Below are positions 44,672 to 54,788 of a DNA stretch of 60,571 nucleotides, piece by piece. A program made the position numbers and the translations under genes. The stretch's first letter is position 1. Each line of letters begins with the position of its first letter. The notes beneath the pieces are model-generated. The model was not told the DNA's origin. It did no database searches and saw only the letters and a program-made list of their open reading frames with translations. Source of the DNA: Acutalibacteraceae bacterium (GTDB taxonomy: Bacteria; Bacillota; Clostridia; Oscillospirales; Acutalibacteraceae); contig JAZQHI010000153.1 of the NCBI GenBank assembly GCA_045540535.1, positions 1-60,571 on the forward strand, read 5' to 3'.

Positions 44672-44710
44672 AAAAATGAGTTTCACAAATTTTTGTGAAA
44701 CTCATTTTTT
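44672..44710. terminator. Bidirectional terminator
   Basis: AAAAATGAGTTTCACAA-ATTT-TTGTGAAACTCATTTTTT. Confidence 0.8.
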
Positions 44711-45550
44711 ATATTCGGACGGTAGTTTGCCCGTATAACTTTTGAATGTTCTTGTGAAGAATGACATATTGTTAAAACCGCATTTCACTGCCGCTTCGTT
44801 TATGGGACTGCCCTCGCGGATAAGTTCGATAGCCTTTTCACAACGGTAACTGTTTATGTACTGCACAACTGTACTGCCTGTAACAGATTTGAAATGTTTT
44901 GAAAGACTGTATTTATCCGAAAAAACAGTTTGAGCCAAACTATCGAGTGATATTTTTTTATGGTAATTTTCCTTTATATAGTGTATGGCGGTTTTTACTG
45001 TTTCAAAATATTTACTGTGGTTTGGAATGTTTTGTTCAAAAACGGTGTAATTTTCCTTTAAATGTATTAAAATTTCAAGTATTTCGCGCTGTAGTTTTGC
45101 GGTTCGGCAAGAATCAGAAATATCGGCACTGATTTCGGCTATTTTAAAAAGACGTTCCTTTAAAAAATCGTTTTTAATGAGTGGCGTAAAGTTAATTTTT
45201 GCTGGGTCTATCCCTGCAGATTTTGAAAACTTTGTATCAATGATAAGACAACTGTAGTTTAAAAAACTATCGGTACTTGTATAGTGGATTACATTAGAAT
45301 TTATAACGGCAATATCGTGTTTTTTAAAACTGATTTTTTCGCCGTCAAGCAAAATATAACCCTCACCTTCAAGGCAAAGTTCTATTTCAAGGTTATCGTG
45401 CCAGTTTGTTTGCTTGCTGTAATTATGCACAGTTCTTTCAATACTGGGCTGAAAACCGCAGGGTAAATTTTCTAAAGTTTTGGAATGTTCTTCATATCTT
45501 GTTTCAAGCATAAACTCACCATTTTGCAAGATTGTGTTATTTTTAGCCAA
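44702..45550 (-). CDS. AraC-family transcriptional regulator
   Basis: 282 aa. Cupin N-terminus and C-terminal AVKCGFNNMSFFTRTFKSYTGKLPSEYKK HTH. Confidence 0.8.
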   Translation of the reverse strand: MAKNNTILQNGEFMLETRYEEHSKTLENLPCGFQPSIERTVHNYSKQTNWHDNLEIELCLEGEGYILLDGEKISFKKHDIAVINSNVIHYTSTDSFLNYSCLIIDTKFSKSAGIDPAKINFTPLIKNDFLKERLFKIAEISADISDSCRTAKLQREILEILIHLKENYTVFEQNIPNHSKYFETVKTAIHYIKENYHKKISLDSLAQTVFSDKYSLSKHFKSVTGSTVVQYINSYRCEKAIELIREGSPINEAAVKCGFNNMSFFTRTFKSYTGKLPSEYKK

Positions 45551-45634
45551 TATAGGCTATTTAAAAACCGTAGAATTAATACTATAATGTCATTATAACA
45601 GTATAACCTTAAATTGTAAAGAAAGGTTTAAAAA

Positions 45635-46159
45635 ATGATTACAGTAATTGCATACATATTCGGAATAGGGGCAATGATTGCGCTGTTTTCTATTTATCAA
45701 CAATCTTCGCGTAAAAAACTGCTTATAAGCAAATTGATAACGGATGTTTGTTGGGTAGTGCATTATTTGTGCCTTGGGGCTTACGGCGGTGCAATACCGA
45801 ATTTTGTCGGTATTTTCAGAGAACTTGTATTTGTGAACCGCGAAACTAAAAAATGGGCTAATTACCCCGTTTGGCCTGTAATTTTTATATTAACTAATTT
45901 AGCACTCGGCCTCAGAACCTTTTCTTCGCCGATAAACCTTTTGCCTATTTTGGGTTCAGCGTTTATAACGGTAGCACTCTGGCTTAAAAAACCTATACTT
46001 ACAAAAATTATGTCTTTTCCTGTATCTTCTGCTTTTTTGATTTACGATATTTTTGTGGGTTCCTGGATTGGCGTTATAAGCGAAAGCGTATCGCTTATTT
46101 CAATAATAATTTCATTATTAAAAATTGCAAAGGAGAAATTTTCAAATGGCAAATGTTAA
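45635..46159 (+). CDS. YgjV-family inner membrane protein
   Basis: 174 aa, about 5-6 TM helices, with a YQQSSRKKLLISKLITDVCWVVHY pattern as I recall it from YgjV proteins. Confidence 0.55.
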   Translation: MITVIAYIFGIGAMIALFSIYQQSSRKKLLISKLITDVCWVVHYLCLGAYGGAIPNFVGIFRELVFVNRETKKWANYPVWPVIFILTNLALGLRTFSSPINLLPILGSAFITVALWLKKPILTKIMSFPVSSAFLIYDIFVGSWIGVISESVSLISIIISLLKIAKEKFSNGKC

Positions 46160-47336
46160 TACTATTTTCAGTTCAGATATTGTACCCGAAAATCCGCTTG
46201 TTGAAACCGAGGGCAGACCTATTGCGGATGTAGCAAGAACCATTACTTCTGAGGTAAGCGAGGAAGCCGTAAAAAAAGGCGATGCCTTTGCTAAAGAGAT
46301 AGCCGATTGTTTTGTTGCCGATTTTGAAAAGACGGGCGATAAAATGGCTCACGTTTCCACATTTATAGTTATAGACGGTTATGTTTATATGACCTATTAT
46401 GCAAATACAAAAGAGCCGTCCGAAGACCCCAAAAACCAGACGGCAAGGCTGGTTTATGCACCTATAGACGATATAAATAACAAAACCTTTATTGATTTGC
46501 AGACTACAGGCGATAAGGTAAGCGATAAGACAATCGATATGGTTTATGATACTATTCTGATGCAAAAGGATAGCGACACAATTTATATTATGTGGACTGC
46601 CCGCATAACCGAGGGTAATTATTACAGATTTTACTGCCCCTTTACGCTTTCAACCAAAACTCTGGGCGAAGTCGGTGTTAACAGATTTAAGGTTGGTAAT
46701 ACCGTAAACGATTTTTCATTCAGCGGTATAAGAAACGCTTTGGCGGCAGAGGGTAAACCCTGCAAAAAAATGTATTCTGATATCGGTATTATGCAAAAAC
46801 TTTCAAGCAGGGTTGAAAACGGTGAAACCTATTATTATACAGGTACATACAGCGGTGATTTTACTGCCGTTATTAAGAGTAAAGATTTGATTACCTGGGA
46901 ATATGTTTCACAGCCTGATTTTATAAATGATTCCAAATGGGAAAACGCCACTTTTGTTTTGGAGGATAAGGTTTTCTATTTTGTAAGACAGCAGGATGGT
47001 AATAAATCAGGATTTTTAACCTTTTATGATTTGAACACAGGCAAATGGGAAAAACCTGTAGAAATTTATGACTGCCAGTCCCGTTCTGATTTTATTATAT
47101 ATAAAGGTGAGATGTATCTTTTCCATGCGCCTATTGACCGCGAGCATATCGGGGTTGTGAAAATTGACAGAGAAAACATTGCAAACAGTGAGGTTGTTTT
47201 GCAGGCAAATATGCAGTCGAGTTGCTTTTATCCCTTTATTCAGTACTATAAAGACGGTGAACTTGCCATGTCGTATACAGTAGACCGCAAGCATATCCGT
47301 TTAGCAAGATTTGTTCTTAGCAATTATCTTGATTAA
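46146..47336 (+). CDS. Hypothetical beta-rich (propeller/sialidase-like?) protein
   Basis: Start at ATG 46146 (AAGGAG RBS), overlapping the upstream gene by 14 nt. Repeated aromatic-rich beta-strand pattern. No motif I can name. Confidence 0.5.
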   Translation: MANVNTIFSSDIVPENPLVETEGRPIADVARTITSEVSEEAVKKGDAFAKEIADCFVADFEKTGDKMAHVSTFIVIDGYVYMTYYANTKEPSEDPKNQTARLVYAPIDDINNKTFIDLQTTGDKVSDKTIDMVYDTILMQKDSDTIYIMWTARITEGNYYRFYCPFTLSTKTLGEVGVNRFKVGNTVNDFSFSGIRNALAAEGKPCKKMYSDIGIMQKLSSRVENGETYYYTGTYSGDFTAVIKSKDLITWEYVSQPDFINDSKWENATFVLEDKVFYFVRQQDGNKSGFLTFYDLNTGKWEKPVEIYDCQSRSDFIIYKGEMYLFHAPIDREHIGVVKIDRENIANSEVVLQANMQSSCFYPFIQYYKDGELAMSYTVDRKHIRLARFVLSNYLD

Positions 47337-47340
47337 AATT

Positions 47341-47366
47341 AAAACCGCTTCTTTTGAAGCGGTTTT
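47341..47366. terminator. Bidirectional terminator
   Basis: AAAACCGCTTC-TTTT-GAAGCGGTTTT between convergent genes. Confidence 0.8.
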
Positions 47367-47370
47367 AACT

Positions 47371-47829
47371 TTAAGAATACATATTATTTGCAGACATATA
47401 ATCGTAAATGGCTTTGCCGTGTTCCTGCTCTTCTTTTTGAATGTGGTTAAGAGTATCGCGAAGGGTTGTGTCGGAAAACTCAAAAATTGAAGTATTGTAA
47501 AGACCTGACACATGCTTTTCGTCCGCTAATAAATCTGAACAGAGATAGCAGTCGGACTGCTTGTCGGGTGTGTCACCCATACCGTAGGTGGAACTGAAAG
47601 CCGTTTTTACCGTCTGTCCCGAACCGCCGCTTGAAGTGGGCGCATTGCCGTTTTCTATCTGGGTTAACGTGTTAAGATGCTGCTGTTCGGTATTGGCGAT
47701 AGCGGTAAAAAGTTCTTTTAATTGGGGGTCTAACGCTAAAGACGAATATTTTGTGTATTTTTCTACACAAAGTTTTTCCTGACCCTTTAAATCCTTTAAT
47801 AAACTTGTTTCCTTTTGTGTTAATTGCAT
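47371..47829 (-). CDS. Spore coat protein, CotF family
   Basis: 152 aa. LTQKETSLLKDLKGQEKLCVEKYTKY and a second repeat with EQEH, as in Coat_F domains. Confidence 0.75.
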   Translation of the reverse strand: MQLTQKETSLLKDLKGQEKLCVEKYTKYSSLALDPQLKELFTAIANTEQQHLNTLTQIENGNAPTSSGGSGQTVKTAFSSTYGMGDTPDKQSDCYLCSDLLADEKHVSGLYNTSIFEFSDTTLRDTLNHIQKEEQEHGKAIYDYMSANNMYS

Positions 47830-47870
47830 TAAAAATCACCTCATACTTATTTTAAGCAGAGGTGGTTTTT

Positions 47871-48788
47871 TTATGCAATGTATTGTGAGAGTGTTATTAA
47901 AATCGGCATACTTATAAGTGAAAGTATTGTACTTAAAGATACTAAGTTTACCGAAAGCGAGGTATCCCGCCCAAATTTTGCCGAAAACATTGTAGTTATA
48001 GCGGCGGTAGGTGCGCTGCAGGATATAAGCGAAGAAATAAGCAAAGTGCCCCTTATTCCGCATATATACATAACTCCAAGCGCCAACAACGGAAAAGCAA
48101 ACAATTTTAAAAATATAGCAAAATTGCATTTAATATTTTTAATTCCGTCACTGATTTTGCTGTTTGCCAAATGATAGCCGATTATTATCATAGGAAGAGG
48201 TGTGTTAAGCGATGCTATATAGGAAACGGTGTCGTTTAAAATACGCGGTGTTGGAATGGAAAGTAAAAAGATTAAAAGACCTATTGTTAAACCTATAATT
48301 CCTGGGTTAATAATCAGTTTTTTAGGGGACAGATACTTTTTGTCCCCGCTCATTAAAATAATACCGTAACTCCATATAAACAGATTGAATATTGCAATAT
48401 ATGAAGAACCGTAAAACACACCCATATCTCCTAGAAGTGACTGTTGCAACGGCAGTGACATAAAACCGCAGTTTGAAAAAATTACGCCGTACTGCAAAAC
48501 TTTTTCGGAAGAGATATCTTTTGACCTTAATAAAACTCGGCTTAAAAGAATAAATCCTATATGGCATAAAAATGCTATCAAAAAGGCAATGAGCAAACTT
48601 TTAAGCAGGGCTTTATCATACTCTCGCATAAAGGATTTAATTATAACGCAAGGGGTTACTATGGTAAGCACTATATCGGTCATACTTTTAGAACCGTTTT
48701 CGGTAAGAATTTTACCCTTTGTTAAAATAAAACCCGTTAAAATAAGCAAAAGCAGAATAATAACCTGCGTAAAGACTTCAATGAACAT
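47871..48788 (-). CDS. AEC-family (auxin efflux carrier-like) transporter
   Basis: 305 aa, 10 TM helices, with a typical AEC-family N-terminus. Confidence 0.75.
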   Translation of the reverse strand: MFIEVFTQVIILLLLILTGFILTKGKILTENGSKSMTDIVLTIVTPCVIIKSFMREYDKALLKSLLIAFLIAFLCHIGFILLSRVLLRSKDISSEKVLQYGVIFSNCGFMSLPLQQSLLGDMGVFYGSSYIAIFNLFIWSYGIILMSGDKKYLSPKKLIINPGIIGLTIGLLIFLLSIPTPRILNDTVSYIASLNTPLPMIIIGYHLANSKISDGIKNIKCNFAIFLKLFAFPLLALGVMYICGIRGTLLISSLISCSAPTAAITTMFSAKFGRDTSLSVNLVSLSTILSLISMPILITLSQYIA

Positions 48789-50278
48789 TAACCAATACTC
48801 TCCGTAAATTTAAGGAATGCTTTAAGACCGTCCTCAGTGCGTTTGTAAACGCCTGCGTGCTCGAGTACCTTAGAAAATACTATTCCTATTTCGGTTTCAA
48901 TGATACCGTCAATATTATCCTTTGTAATATTTTCGTATTTATTATTAATTTCATTTACCCAATCAGCGTGCTTTGCAAGGGTTTCGTCAGCCTTTATATC
49001 AGCGCCTGACAACATAGCATCTTTAAGAAGTGCCATTTCGGTTTTAAGACGTGCGGGCAGAACTGCAAGACCCATAACTTCTATAAGACCGATGTTTTCT
49101 TTCTTTATGTGGTGAAGTTCGGCATGGGGATGATATACACCCATAGGATGCTCTTCTGTAGTGATATTATTACGAAGCACCAAATCGAGTTCGTAAAGGT
49201 CGCCGTTTTTACGTGCAATAGGTGTTATTGTGTTATGAGGTTCACCATCGGTTTCGGCAAAAATAAAGGCGTCTTCATCGGTGTATCCGCGCCATGCGTC
49301 AAGTATTTTAGATGCAAGTTTAATAAGGCTGTCAGGGTTTGCGCTTTTTGTACGTATTACCGACATAGGCCATTTAACAATGCCAGCCTCAACATCATCA
49401 AAACCTTTAAAGTTAAGTTTATGTTCAACAGGTGCTTTTGCCATTGCGAAGGTGTAGTTACCGCCTTGGAAATGGTCGTGGGAAAGAATAGAACCGCCAA
49501 CTATGGGTAGGTCAGCATTTGAACCTACAAAGTAGTGGGGGAAAAGGGCAACGAAATCAAGCAACTTTTTAAATGTATCGTGATTAATTGCCATTGGGCT
49601 GTGATTAGCGTTAAAAACAATGCAGTGCTCGTTGTAATAAACATAAGGTGAATATTGGAAACACCAGTCACTGTTATTAATAGTAACGGGTATTATGCGG
49701 TGATTTTGTCTTGCAGGGAAATTAAGTCTTCCGGCATACCCCTCACACTCGCGGCAAAGCATACATTTAGGATATCCCGATTGCGCCGCATTTTTAGCCG
49801 CGGCAATGGCTTTGGGGTCTTTTTCGGGTTTTGAAAGATTTATTGTAATATCAAGGTCGCCGTACTCGGTAGGGGTTACCCATTTAATATCCTTTTCTAT
49901 ACGGTAGCGGCGTATGTAATCACTGTCACAACTAAGGTTATAAAAATAATCGGTAGCCGCTTTGGGTGATACTTTATAAAGTTCATTAAATTTGTCGGTT
50001 ACTTCACTCGGTCTTGGCATAAGCGCCGCCATAAGTTTAGTATCGAACAAATCGCGGTGGGTTATAGTGTCCTCAATAAGATTTTGTTTTACCGCGTAAT
50101 CAAGAAGTTCTTTAAGGGTTTCTTCAAGATTTACGTCTTCAAAGTTTTCTTCACAGGTAAAACTGTCCATATTAAGAATTTCTAAAATACGGTTGGTTGC
50201 AAAAATTTCGTCACGTTTTGTAATAAGACCGCGCGAAAGCCCGTAACACACAAGTTTTCTAATACTTTTTTCAATCAT
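48788..50278 (-). CDS. galT: UDP-glucose--hexose-1-phosphate uridylyltransferase (type 2)
   Basis: 496 aa. Gram-positive-type GalT length and motifs (CMLCRE, GGSILSHDHFQGG). Confidence 0.88.
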   Translation of the reverse strand: MIEKSIRKLVCYGLSRGLITKRDEIFATNRILEILNMDSFTCEENFEDVNLEETLKELLDYAVKQNLIEDTITHRDLFDTKLMAALMPRPSEVTDKFNELYKVSPKAATDYFYNLSCDSDYIRRYRIEKDIKWVTPTEYGDLDITINLSKPEKDPKAIAAAKNAAQSGYPKCMLCRECEGYAGRLNFPARQNHRIIPVTINNSDWCFQYSPYVYYNEHCIVFNANHSPMAINHDTFKKLLDFVALFPHYFVGSNADLPIVGGSILSHDHFQGGNYTFAMAKAPVEHKLNFKGFDDVEAGIVKWPMSVIRTKSANPDSLIKLASKILDAWRGYTDEDAFIFAETDGEPHNTITPIARKNGDLYELDLVLRNNITTEEHPMGVYHPHAELHHIKKENIGLIEVMGLAVLPARLKTEMALLKDAMLSGADIKADETLAKHADWVNEINNKYENITKDNIDGIIETEIGIVFSKVLEHAGVYKRTEDGLKAFLKFTESIG

Positions 50279-50380
50279 AGGTAACTACTCCCAATCAAAT
50301 TAAATATACCAAATTATACTATATTTATACTTATTCTGTCAATCGCAAATAAAAAAGTTTGCAAGTGTAAAGAAAAAAAC

Positions 50381-50409
50381 TTGACAGATGGATAAAAGTG
50401 TGCTATACT
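50381..50409 (+). promoter_or_regulatory. Consensus sigma-A promoter of ylxM-ffh-rpsP
   Basis: TTGACA-17 nt-TATACT with extended -10 TG. Confidence 0.6.
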
Positions 50410-50433
50410 CTCTCACTGGTGAGGTGCAAAGTA

Positions 50434-50739
50434 TTGAAAGATTTATATGTTTCCGCTTTGCTTGATGTTTATGGCTTCTTTTTAAGCGAAAAACAAAAAG
50501 CGCTTACCGAGTATTATTATTATGACGATTTATCCCTTTCGGAAATTGCCGAAAACGAGGGTATTACAAGGCAGGCCGTTAACGATATTATTAAAAGAAC
50601 GGTGGCGTTGCTTCACTCGTTTGAAGAAAAATGCGGCTACTGCAGAAAAATTTTAAGGCTTAAAGAACTTGCAGGTGAAGTTGCCTTGGGGGATAATACA
50701 AAAAACGAAGAAATACTTTCTATAATAGATGATTTGTAA
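50434..50739 (+). CDS. ylxM: YlxM/UPF0122 putative DNA-binding protein
   Basis: Start moved to TTG 50434 (downstream of the promoter, GGTGAGGTG RBS). LDVYGFFLSEKQKALTEYYYYDDLSLSEIAENEGITRQAV motif. It lies upstream of ffh. Confidence 0.85.
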   Translation: MKDLYVSALLDVYGFFLSEKQKALTEYYYYDDLSLSEIAENEGITRQAVNDIIKRTVALLHSFEEKCGYCRKILRLKELAGEVALGDNTKNEEILSIIDDL

Positions 50740-50751
50740 GGAGTGAACTGT

Positions 50752-52110
50752 ATGGCGTTTGATAATTTATCCGATAAACTTACATCTGTCTTTAAACGCC
50801 TGCGTTCTAAAGGCAAACTCAGTGAAGCGGACGTTAAAACCGCTATGCGTGAAGTTCGTCTGGCGTTACTTGAGGCCGACGTTAACTATAAAGTCGCTAA
50901 AGATTTTACCAATGCCGTTACCGAAAAATGTATTGGCGCAAATGTAATGGAAAGTCTTACAGCGCCGCAAATGGTTATAAAAATAGTTAAGGAAGAACTT
51001 ACCGCTTTAATGGGCAGTGAGCAGGCAAGACTTAATATTTCTAACAAACTTCCAACTGTTATTATGATGTGCGGTTTGCAAGGTTCGGGTAAAACAACAC
51101 ATTCGGCAAAACTTGCTAAATTTTTACGCGCTCAGGGTCACAGACCTATGCTTGCCGCTTGTGATATTTACCGTCCTGCCGCTATTGAACAGTTAAAGGT
51201 TGTAGGTAAAGCGGTTGATACTCCTGTTTTTGAAATGGGAACCGAAAAACCCGAAATAATTGCTAAAAAAGCGGTTAATTACGCAAAGGATTACGGACAC
51301 GATTTCCTTATTCTTGATACCGCGGGCCGACTTCATATAGATACTGAACTTATGGACGAATTAAAGCGTATTACAGAAGCGGTTGAGGTTCATAATATCC
51401 TGCTTGTTATTGACTCAATGGTAGGTCAGGATGCAGTTAATATTGCCAAGTCATTTAATGATATCTTAGAACTTGACGGTGTTATTTTAACTAAACTTGA
51501 CGGTGATACAAGAGGCGGTGCGGCATTATCGGTTAAAGCAGTTACAGGCAAGCCTATAATGTTTGCAGGTGTGGGTGAAAAACTTGATGAACTTGAGGAA
51601 TTCCACCCCGACCGTATGGCGTCACGAATTCTTGGCATGGGAGATGTGCTCTCCCTTATAGAAAAGGTTGAAGCCGATCTTGACGAAAAAAAGGCTGAGG
51701 AAGCCGCAAGGAAACTGCAAGAAAACAAGTTTGATATGAACGATTTGCTCGATCAGTTCCATCAAATTAAAAAAATGGGTTCCCTTAAAAGTATTCTTTC
51801 AATGCTTCCAGGTATGGATAAGCAGTTAAGGGATGTTGACATTGACGACCGCCAACTTTTAAGAATAGAGGCAATTATCACTTCTATGACCAAAAAGGAA
51901 CGCGCAAAACCCGATATAATTAATGCCTCTCGCAGAAAGCGAATTGCGGCAGGTTCGGGAACTAAGGTTGAAGATGTTAACCGACTTTTAAAACAGTATG
52001 AGCAAATGAAAAAAATGTTCAAGCAAATGAATTCCAAAGGCGCAAAACGCAAAATGATGCGCGGAATGAATATGCCTGGTATGAACAACTTTAATAATTT
52101 CGGTTTTTAA
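50752..52110 (+). CDS. ffh: Signal recognition particle protein Ffh
   Basis: [14 protein letters not shown] start, [10 protein letters not shown]-loop, DTAGR, TKLDGD, Met-rich C-terminus. Confidence 0.95.
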   Translation: MAFDNLSDKLTSVFKRLRSKGKLSEADVKTAMREVRLALLEADVNYKVAKDFTNAVTEKCIGANVMESLTAPQMVIKIVKEELTALMGSEQARLNISNKLPTVIMMCGLQGSGKTTHSAKLAKFLRAQGHRPMLAACDIYRPAAIEQLKVVGKAVDTPVFEMGTEKPEIIAKKAVNYAKDYGHDFLILDTAGRLHIDTELMDELKRITEAVEVHNILLVIDSMVGQDAVNIAKSFNDILELDGVILTKLDGDTRGGAALSVKAVTGKPIMFAGVGEKLDELEEFHPDRMASRILGMGDVLSLIEKVEADLDEKKAEEAARKLQENKFDMNDLLDQFHQIKKMGSLKSILSMLPGMDKQLRDVDIDDRQLLRIEAIITSMTKKERAKPDIINASRRKRIAAGSGTKVEDVNRLLKQYEQMKKMFKQMNSKGAKRKMMRGMNMPGMNNFNNFGF

Positions 52111-52162
52111 GATTTATCTTTTAAAACATATATTTAATTCACTAAACGGAGGTGGAAAAATA

Positions 52163-52405
52163 ATGGCAGTTAAAATCAGACTTCGTCGTATGGGTGCAAA
52201 AAAGGCTCCTTTCTACCGTGTAGTTGTTGCTGATTCGAGATATCCTCGTGACGGACGCTTTATCGAAGAAATCGGAACCTATGATCCTACTAAGGATCCC
52301 GCTGTTGTAAATATTGACGGTGAAAAGGCTAAGAAGTGGATCGCTAACGGCGCTCAACCCACAGATACCGTTAAGGCTTTACTCAAGAAAAACGGCGTAC
52401 TTTAA
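52163..52405 (+). CDS. rpsP: 30S ribosomal protein S16
   Basis: [26 protein letters not shown]. Confidence 0.95.
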   Translation: MAVKIRLRRMGAKKAPFYRVVVADSRYPRDGRFIEEIGTYDPTKDPAVVNIDGEKAKKWIANGAQPTDTVKALLKKNGVL

Positions 52406-52449
52406 TTTTGGTGTAGCAAATTGCGCTACATCGAGTGAGGATTACTTTA

Positions 52450-52683
52450 ATGAAAGAACTTCTAATTTCTTTGGCATCGGGCTTAGTTGAAGCGCCCGAT
52501 CAGGTTGTTGTTACTGTTGACGAGCCTAATGAAGATGGTGTTATTGTTTACCATCTTCACGTAGCCGAGCAGGATATGGGTCGTGTTATCGGTAAGCAGG
52601 GCAGAATTGCTAATGCTATCCGTGTAGTTATGCGCGCCGCTGCAAGCAGAAACAACCAAAACATTTCTGTTGAAATTGATTAA
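52450..52683 (+). CDS. KH-domain RNA-binding protein (YlqC-like)
   Basis: GRVIGKQGRIANAIR is a GXXG KH motif. Conserved position after rpsP. Confidence 0.85.
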   Translation: MKELLISLASGLVEAPDQVVVTVDEPNEDGVIVYHLHVAEQDMGRVIGKQGRIANAIRVVMRAAASRNNQNISVEID

Positions 52684-52690
52684 ACATTGT

Positions 52691-52720
52691 GGCACCGTTT
52701 TTAAGCGGTGCCGCTGTTTT
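52691..52720 (+). terminator. Intrinsic terminator
   Basis: GGCACCG-loop-CGGTGCC, then GCTGTTTTT. Confidence 0.6.
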
Positions 52721-52734
52721 TAAGGGGAGTGAGT

Positions 52735-53520
52735 GTGTTGAATTTTAATAGGGAAAGTATTTTAAAATATTTAAGTCCCGATTTAAAACTTAATATTAAC
52801 TTTTTAAAAACGGTTGATTCTACCAACAGTTACCTAAAGCAATCGGCAAAAATGGACGCTAAAGAGGGCGAAGTCCTTATAGCCGACTCTCAGACAGGCG
52901 GCCGCGGCAGGTACGACCGAAAGTTTTATTCCCCAAAGGGCACTGGAATTTATATGAGTTTAGTCTTAAAGCCTGACCTTAAAGCCGAAGAATCGGTCCT
53001 TATAACCGCGGCGGCGGCTGTTGCAGTGCGTGAGGCGGTTCTGGCGGTTTGCGATAAAGATTTGCAAATTAAATGGGTCAACGATTTAATACTTGACGGC
53101 AAAAAGGTCTGTGGCATTTTAACCGAAGGTGCACTTAATGCTGAAAACGGCGGTTTTAATTGGGCTGTATTAGGTATAGGTCTTAATGTGTATGAGCCGC
53201 AGAACGAATTTCCGCAAGAAATTAAATATATTGCAGGCGCTTTGGAAAGGGAACGAAAATCGGATTTAAGAAGTAGGCTTTGCGCAGAAATTTTAAACCG
53301 ATTTTTCCTTTATTACAAGCAACTCTCTAAAAGAACGTTTATTGATATTTACCGCGAAAAAAGTGCGGTAATTAATAAAAAAGTTAATGTTATAAAGGGA
53401 GATTGTATACTACCTGCTACCGCGCTTTACATTGATAACGATTGCAAACTTCTTGTAGAATATGAAAACGGGGATAGGGAATATCTGTCCTCGGGAGAAA
53501 TAAGTATAAAAATGAACTAA
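52735..53520 (+). CDS. birA: Biotin--[acetyl-CoA-carboxylase] ligase (no N-terminal HTH)
   Basis: QTGGRGRYDRKFYSPKG and KWVNDL motifs. The start is probably GTG 52735 or TTG 52738, after the GGGGAG RBS. Confidence 0.85.
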   Translation: MLNFNRESILKYLSPDLKLNINFLKTVDSTNSYLKQSAKMDAKEGEVLIADSQTGGRGRYDRKFYSPKGTGIYMSLVLKPDLKAEESVLITAAAAVAVREAVLAVCDKDLQIKWVNDLILDGKKVCGILTEGALNAENGGFNWAVLGIGLNVYEPQNEFPQEIKYIAGALERERKSDLRSRLCAEILNRFFLYYKQLSKRTFIDIYREKSAVINKKVNVIKGDCILPATALYIDNDCKLLVEYENGDREYLSSGEISIKMN

Positions 53521-53553
53521 GGCTCACGCTGGTTTGTGAGCCTTAGTTTTTTT
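53519..53553. terminator. Bidirectional terminator
   Basis: AAGGCTCAC-loop-GTGAGCCTT, then AGTTTTTTT. Confidence 0.7.
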
Positions 53554-53833
53554 AGAGTGAATATTTGTTGGTTTTGGAAATTTTTATAAATGGCGCAGGG
53601 TCGGAGTTTATAAGAATTGTTTCCTGACCGATTACGTCAATATCCGCCCACGGAATAATAATATCTTCCTCTCTGCCTAAAATGCCGAATAATCGCGGTC
53701 TGCCGTAAATTACTATCTTTTCAAGATTGCCGTTCTCGGTATTTATTACTACATCTGAAATATAACCTAAAACACATCCGTTTTTAACACAAACCACCTG
53801 TTTGTTTCTTAGTTCGTCTACTCTGCAACTCAT
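53552..53833 (-). CDS. YlmC/YmxH-family sporulation protein (PRC-barrel)
   Basis: SCRVDELRNKQVVCVKNGCVLGYISDVVINTENG is typical of YlmC/YmxH. Confidence 0.8.
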   Translation of the reverse strand: MSCRVDELRNKQVVCVKNGCVLGYISDVVINTENGNLEKIVIYGRPRLFGILGREEDIIIPWADIDVIGQETILINSDPAPFIKISKTNKYSL

Positions 53834-53913
53834 AATAATCACCATTAATATTTATGTGTAAAAACTTTATTCTATGAAAAAAACACTGCAGAAAATTCTG
53901 CAGTGTTTTAAAA

Positions 53914-54756
53914 TCAGTCTTCAAAAACGTTTTCGCTTTCTTCCTCGCCGTCCTCATTTATAACGGTGGGTTTGGGTTCGTCAACCTCAATACCAAGGTC
54001 GCGTCTTTTCTCAATATCCTCGTCGGGATGTTCTTCATAGTAAGGGTCAATAATATATTTCTTAATTGCAGGGAAACAGCAATACTGAATAAGCAAAAAT
54101 TTAAAAGCGGGGAATGTAAGTAAATAAACAAAAAGTTCAATAGTTAAAACAAAAATCCAATGTTTCTGGAAAAGGAAAATCAAACCTGCAAAAAGTGCAT
54201 AAACCAAAAGTAATGCAAAAAAGCAAAGGAAATTCATTTTTAAATTTATTACTGCAAAATTAAAACTGTTTTTATAAATTTGCTTTAAATTAAACTTGAA
54301 TGTAATCATCAATGTCCATATAAAGTAGTTCATCATATTAAAGATTACAAGTATTGAAAGGGAAATTCCAAGACCTAAAATGTTCATTATACCATTAGTA
54401 CTGGTATAGAAAAAATAAAGGTCAAAAAGAATGATTATATTAATTAAAGTGTTAATAATACCTGCGATTAGGGCTTGCTTCCAGTTCTTTTTGATTGTAT
54501 CGAAAAAATCGCTTAGTCCAAAGGAGTGTTTATCCCTTGCGGTATTACGGGCAACATGGGTGATACCAACATTTGCAAGACCGCTTGTTACTTGCGGAAG
54601 AGCAATAATATTATAAACTATATTAATGGTTATAAATTTCCAGAAATTACGGAAAAAGGTTTCAAAAAATATAAAAAATGTTTTCTTTTTAGGGGCGTTT
54701 TTGGAAATGCCGGGGCCCTCTTTTTCAAAATTAAATAAGCCGAACAAACCAGCCAC
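53914..54756 (-). CDS. YesL/DUF624-family membrane protein with acidic C-terminal tail
   Basis: 280 aa. N-terminal FFETFFRNFWKFITINIVY pattern, several TM helices. Confidence 0.6.
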   Translation of the reverse strand: MAGLFGLFNFEKEGPGISKNAPKKKTFFIFFETFFRNFWKFITINIVYNIIALPQVTSGLANVGITHVARNTARDKHSFGLSDFFDTIKKNWKQALIAGIINTLINIIILFDLYFFYTSTNGIMNILGLGISLSILVIFNMMNYFIWTLMITFKFNLKQIYKNSFNFAVINLKMNFLCFFALLLVYALFAGLIFLFQKHWIFVLTIELFVYLLTFPAFKFLLIQYCCFPAIKKYIIDPYYEEHPDEDIEKRRDLGIEVDEPKPTVINEDGEEESENVFED

Positions 54757-54788
54757 TGTTAATCACCGTACCTTAATTTTTTATTTCT

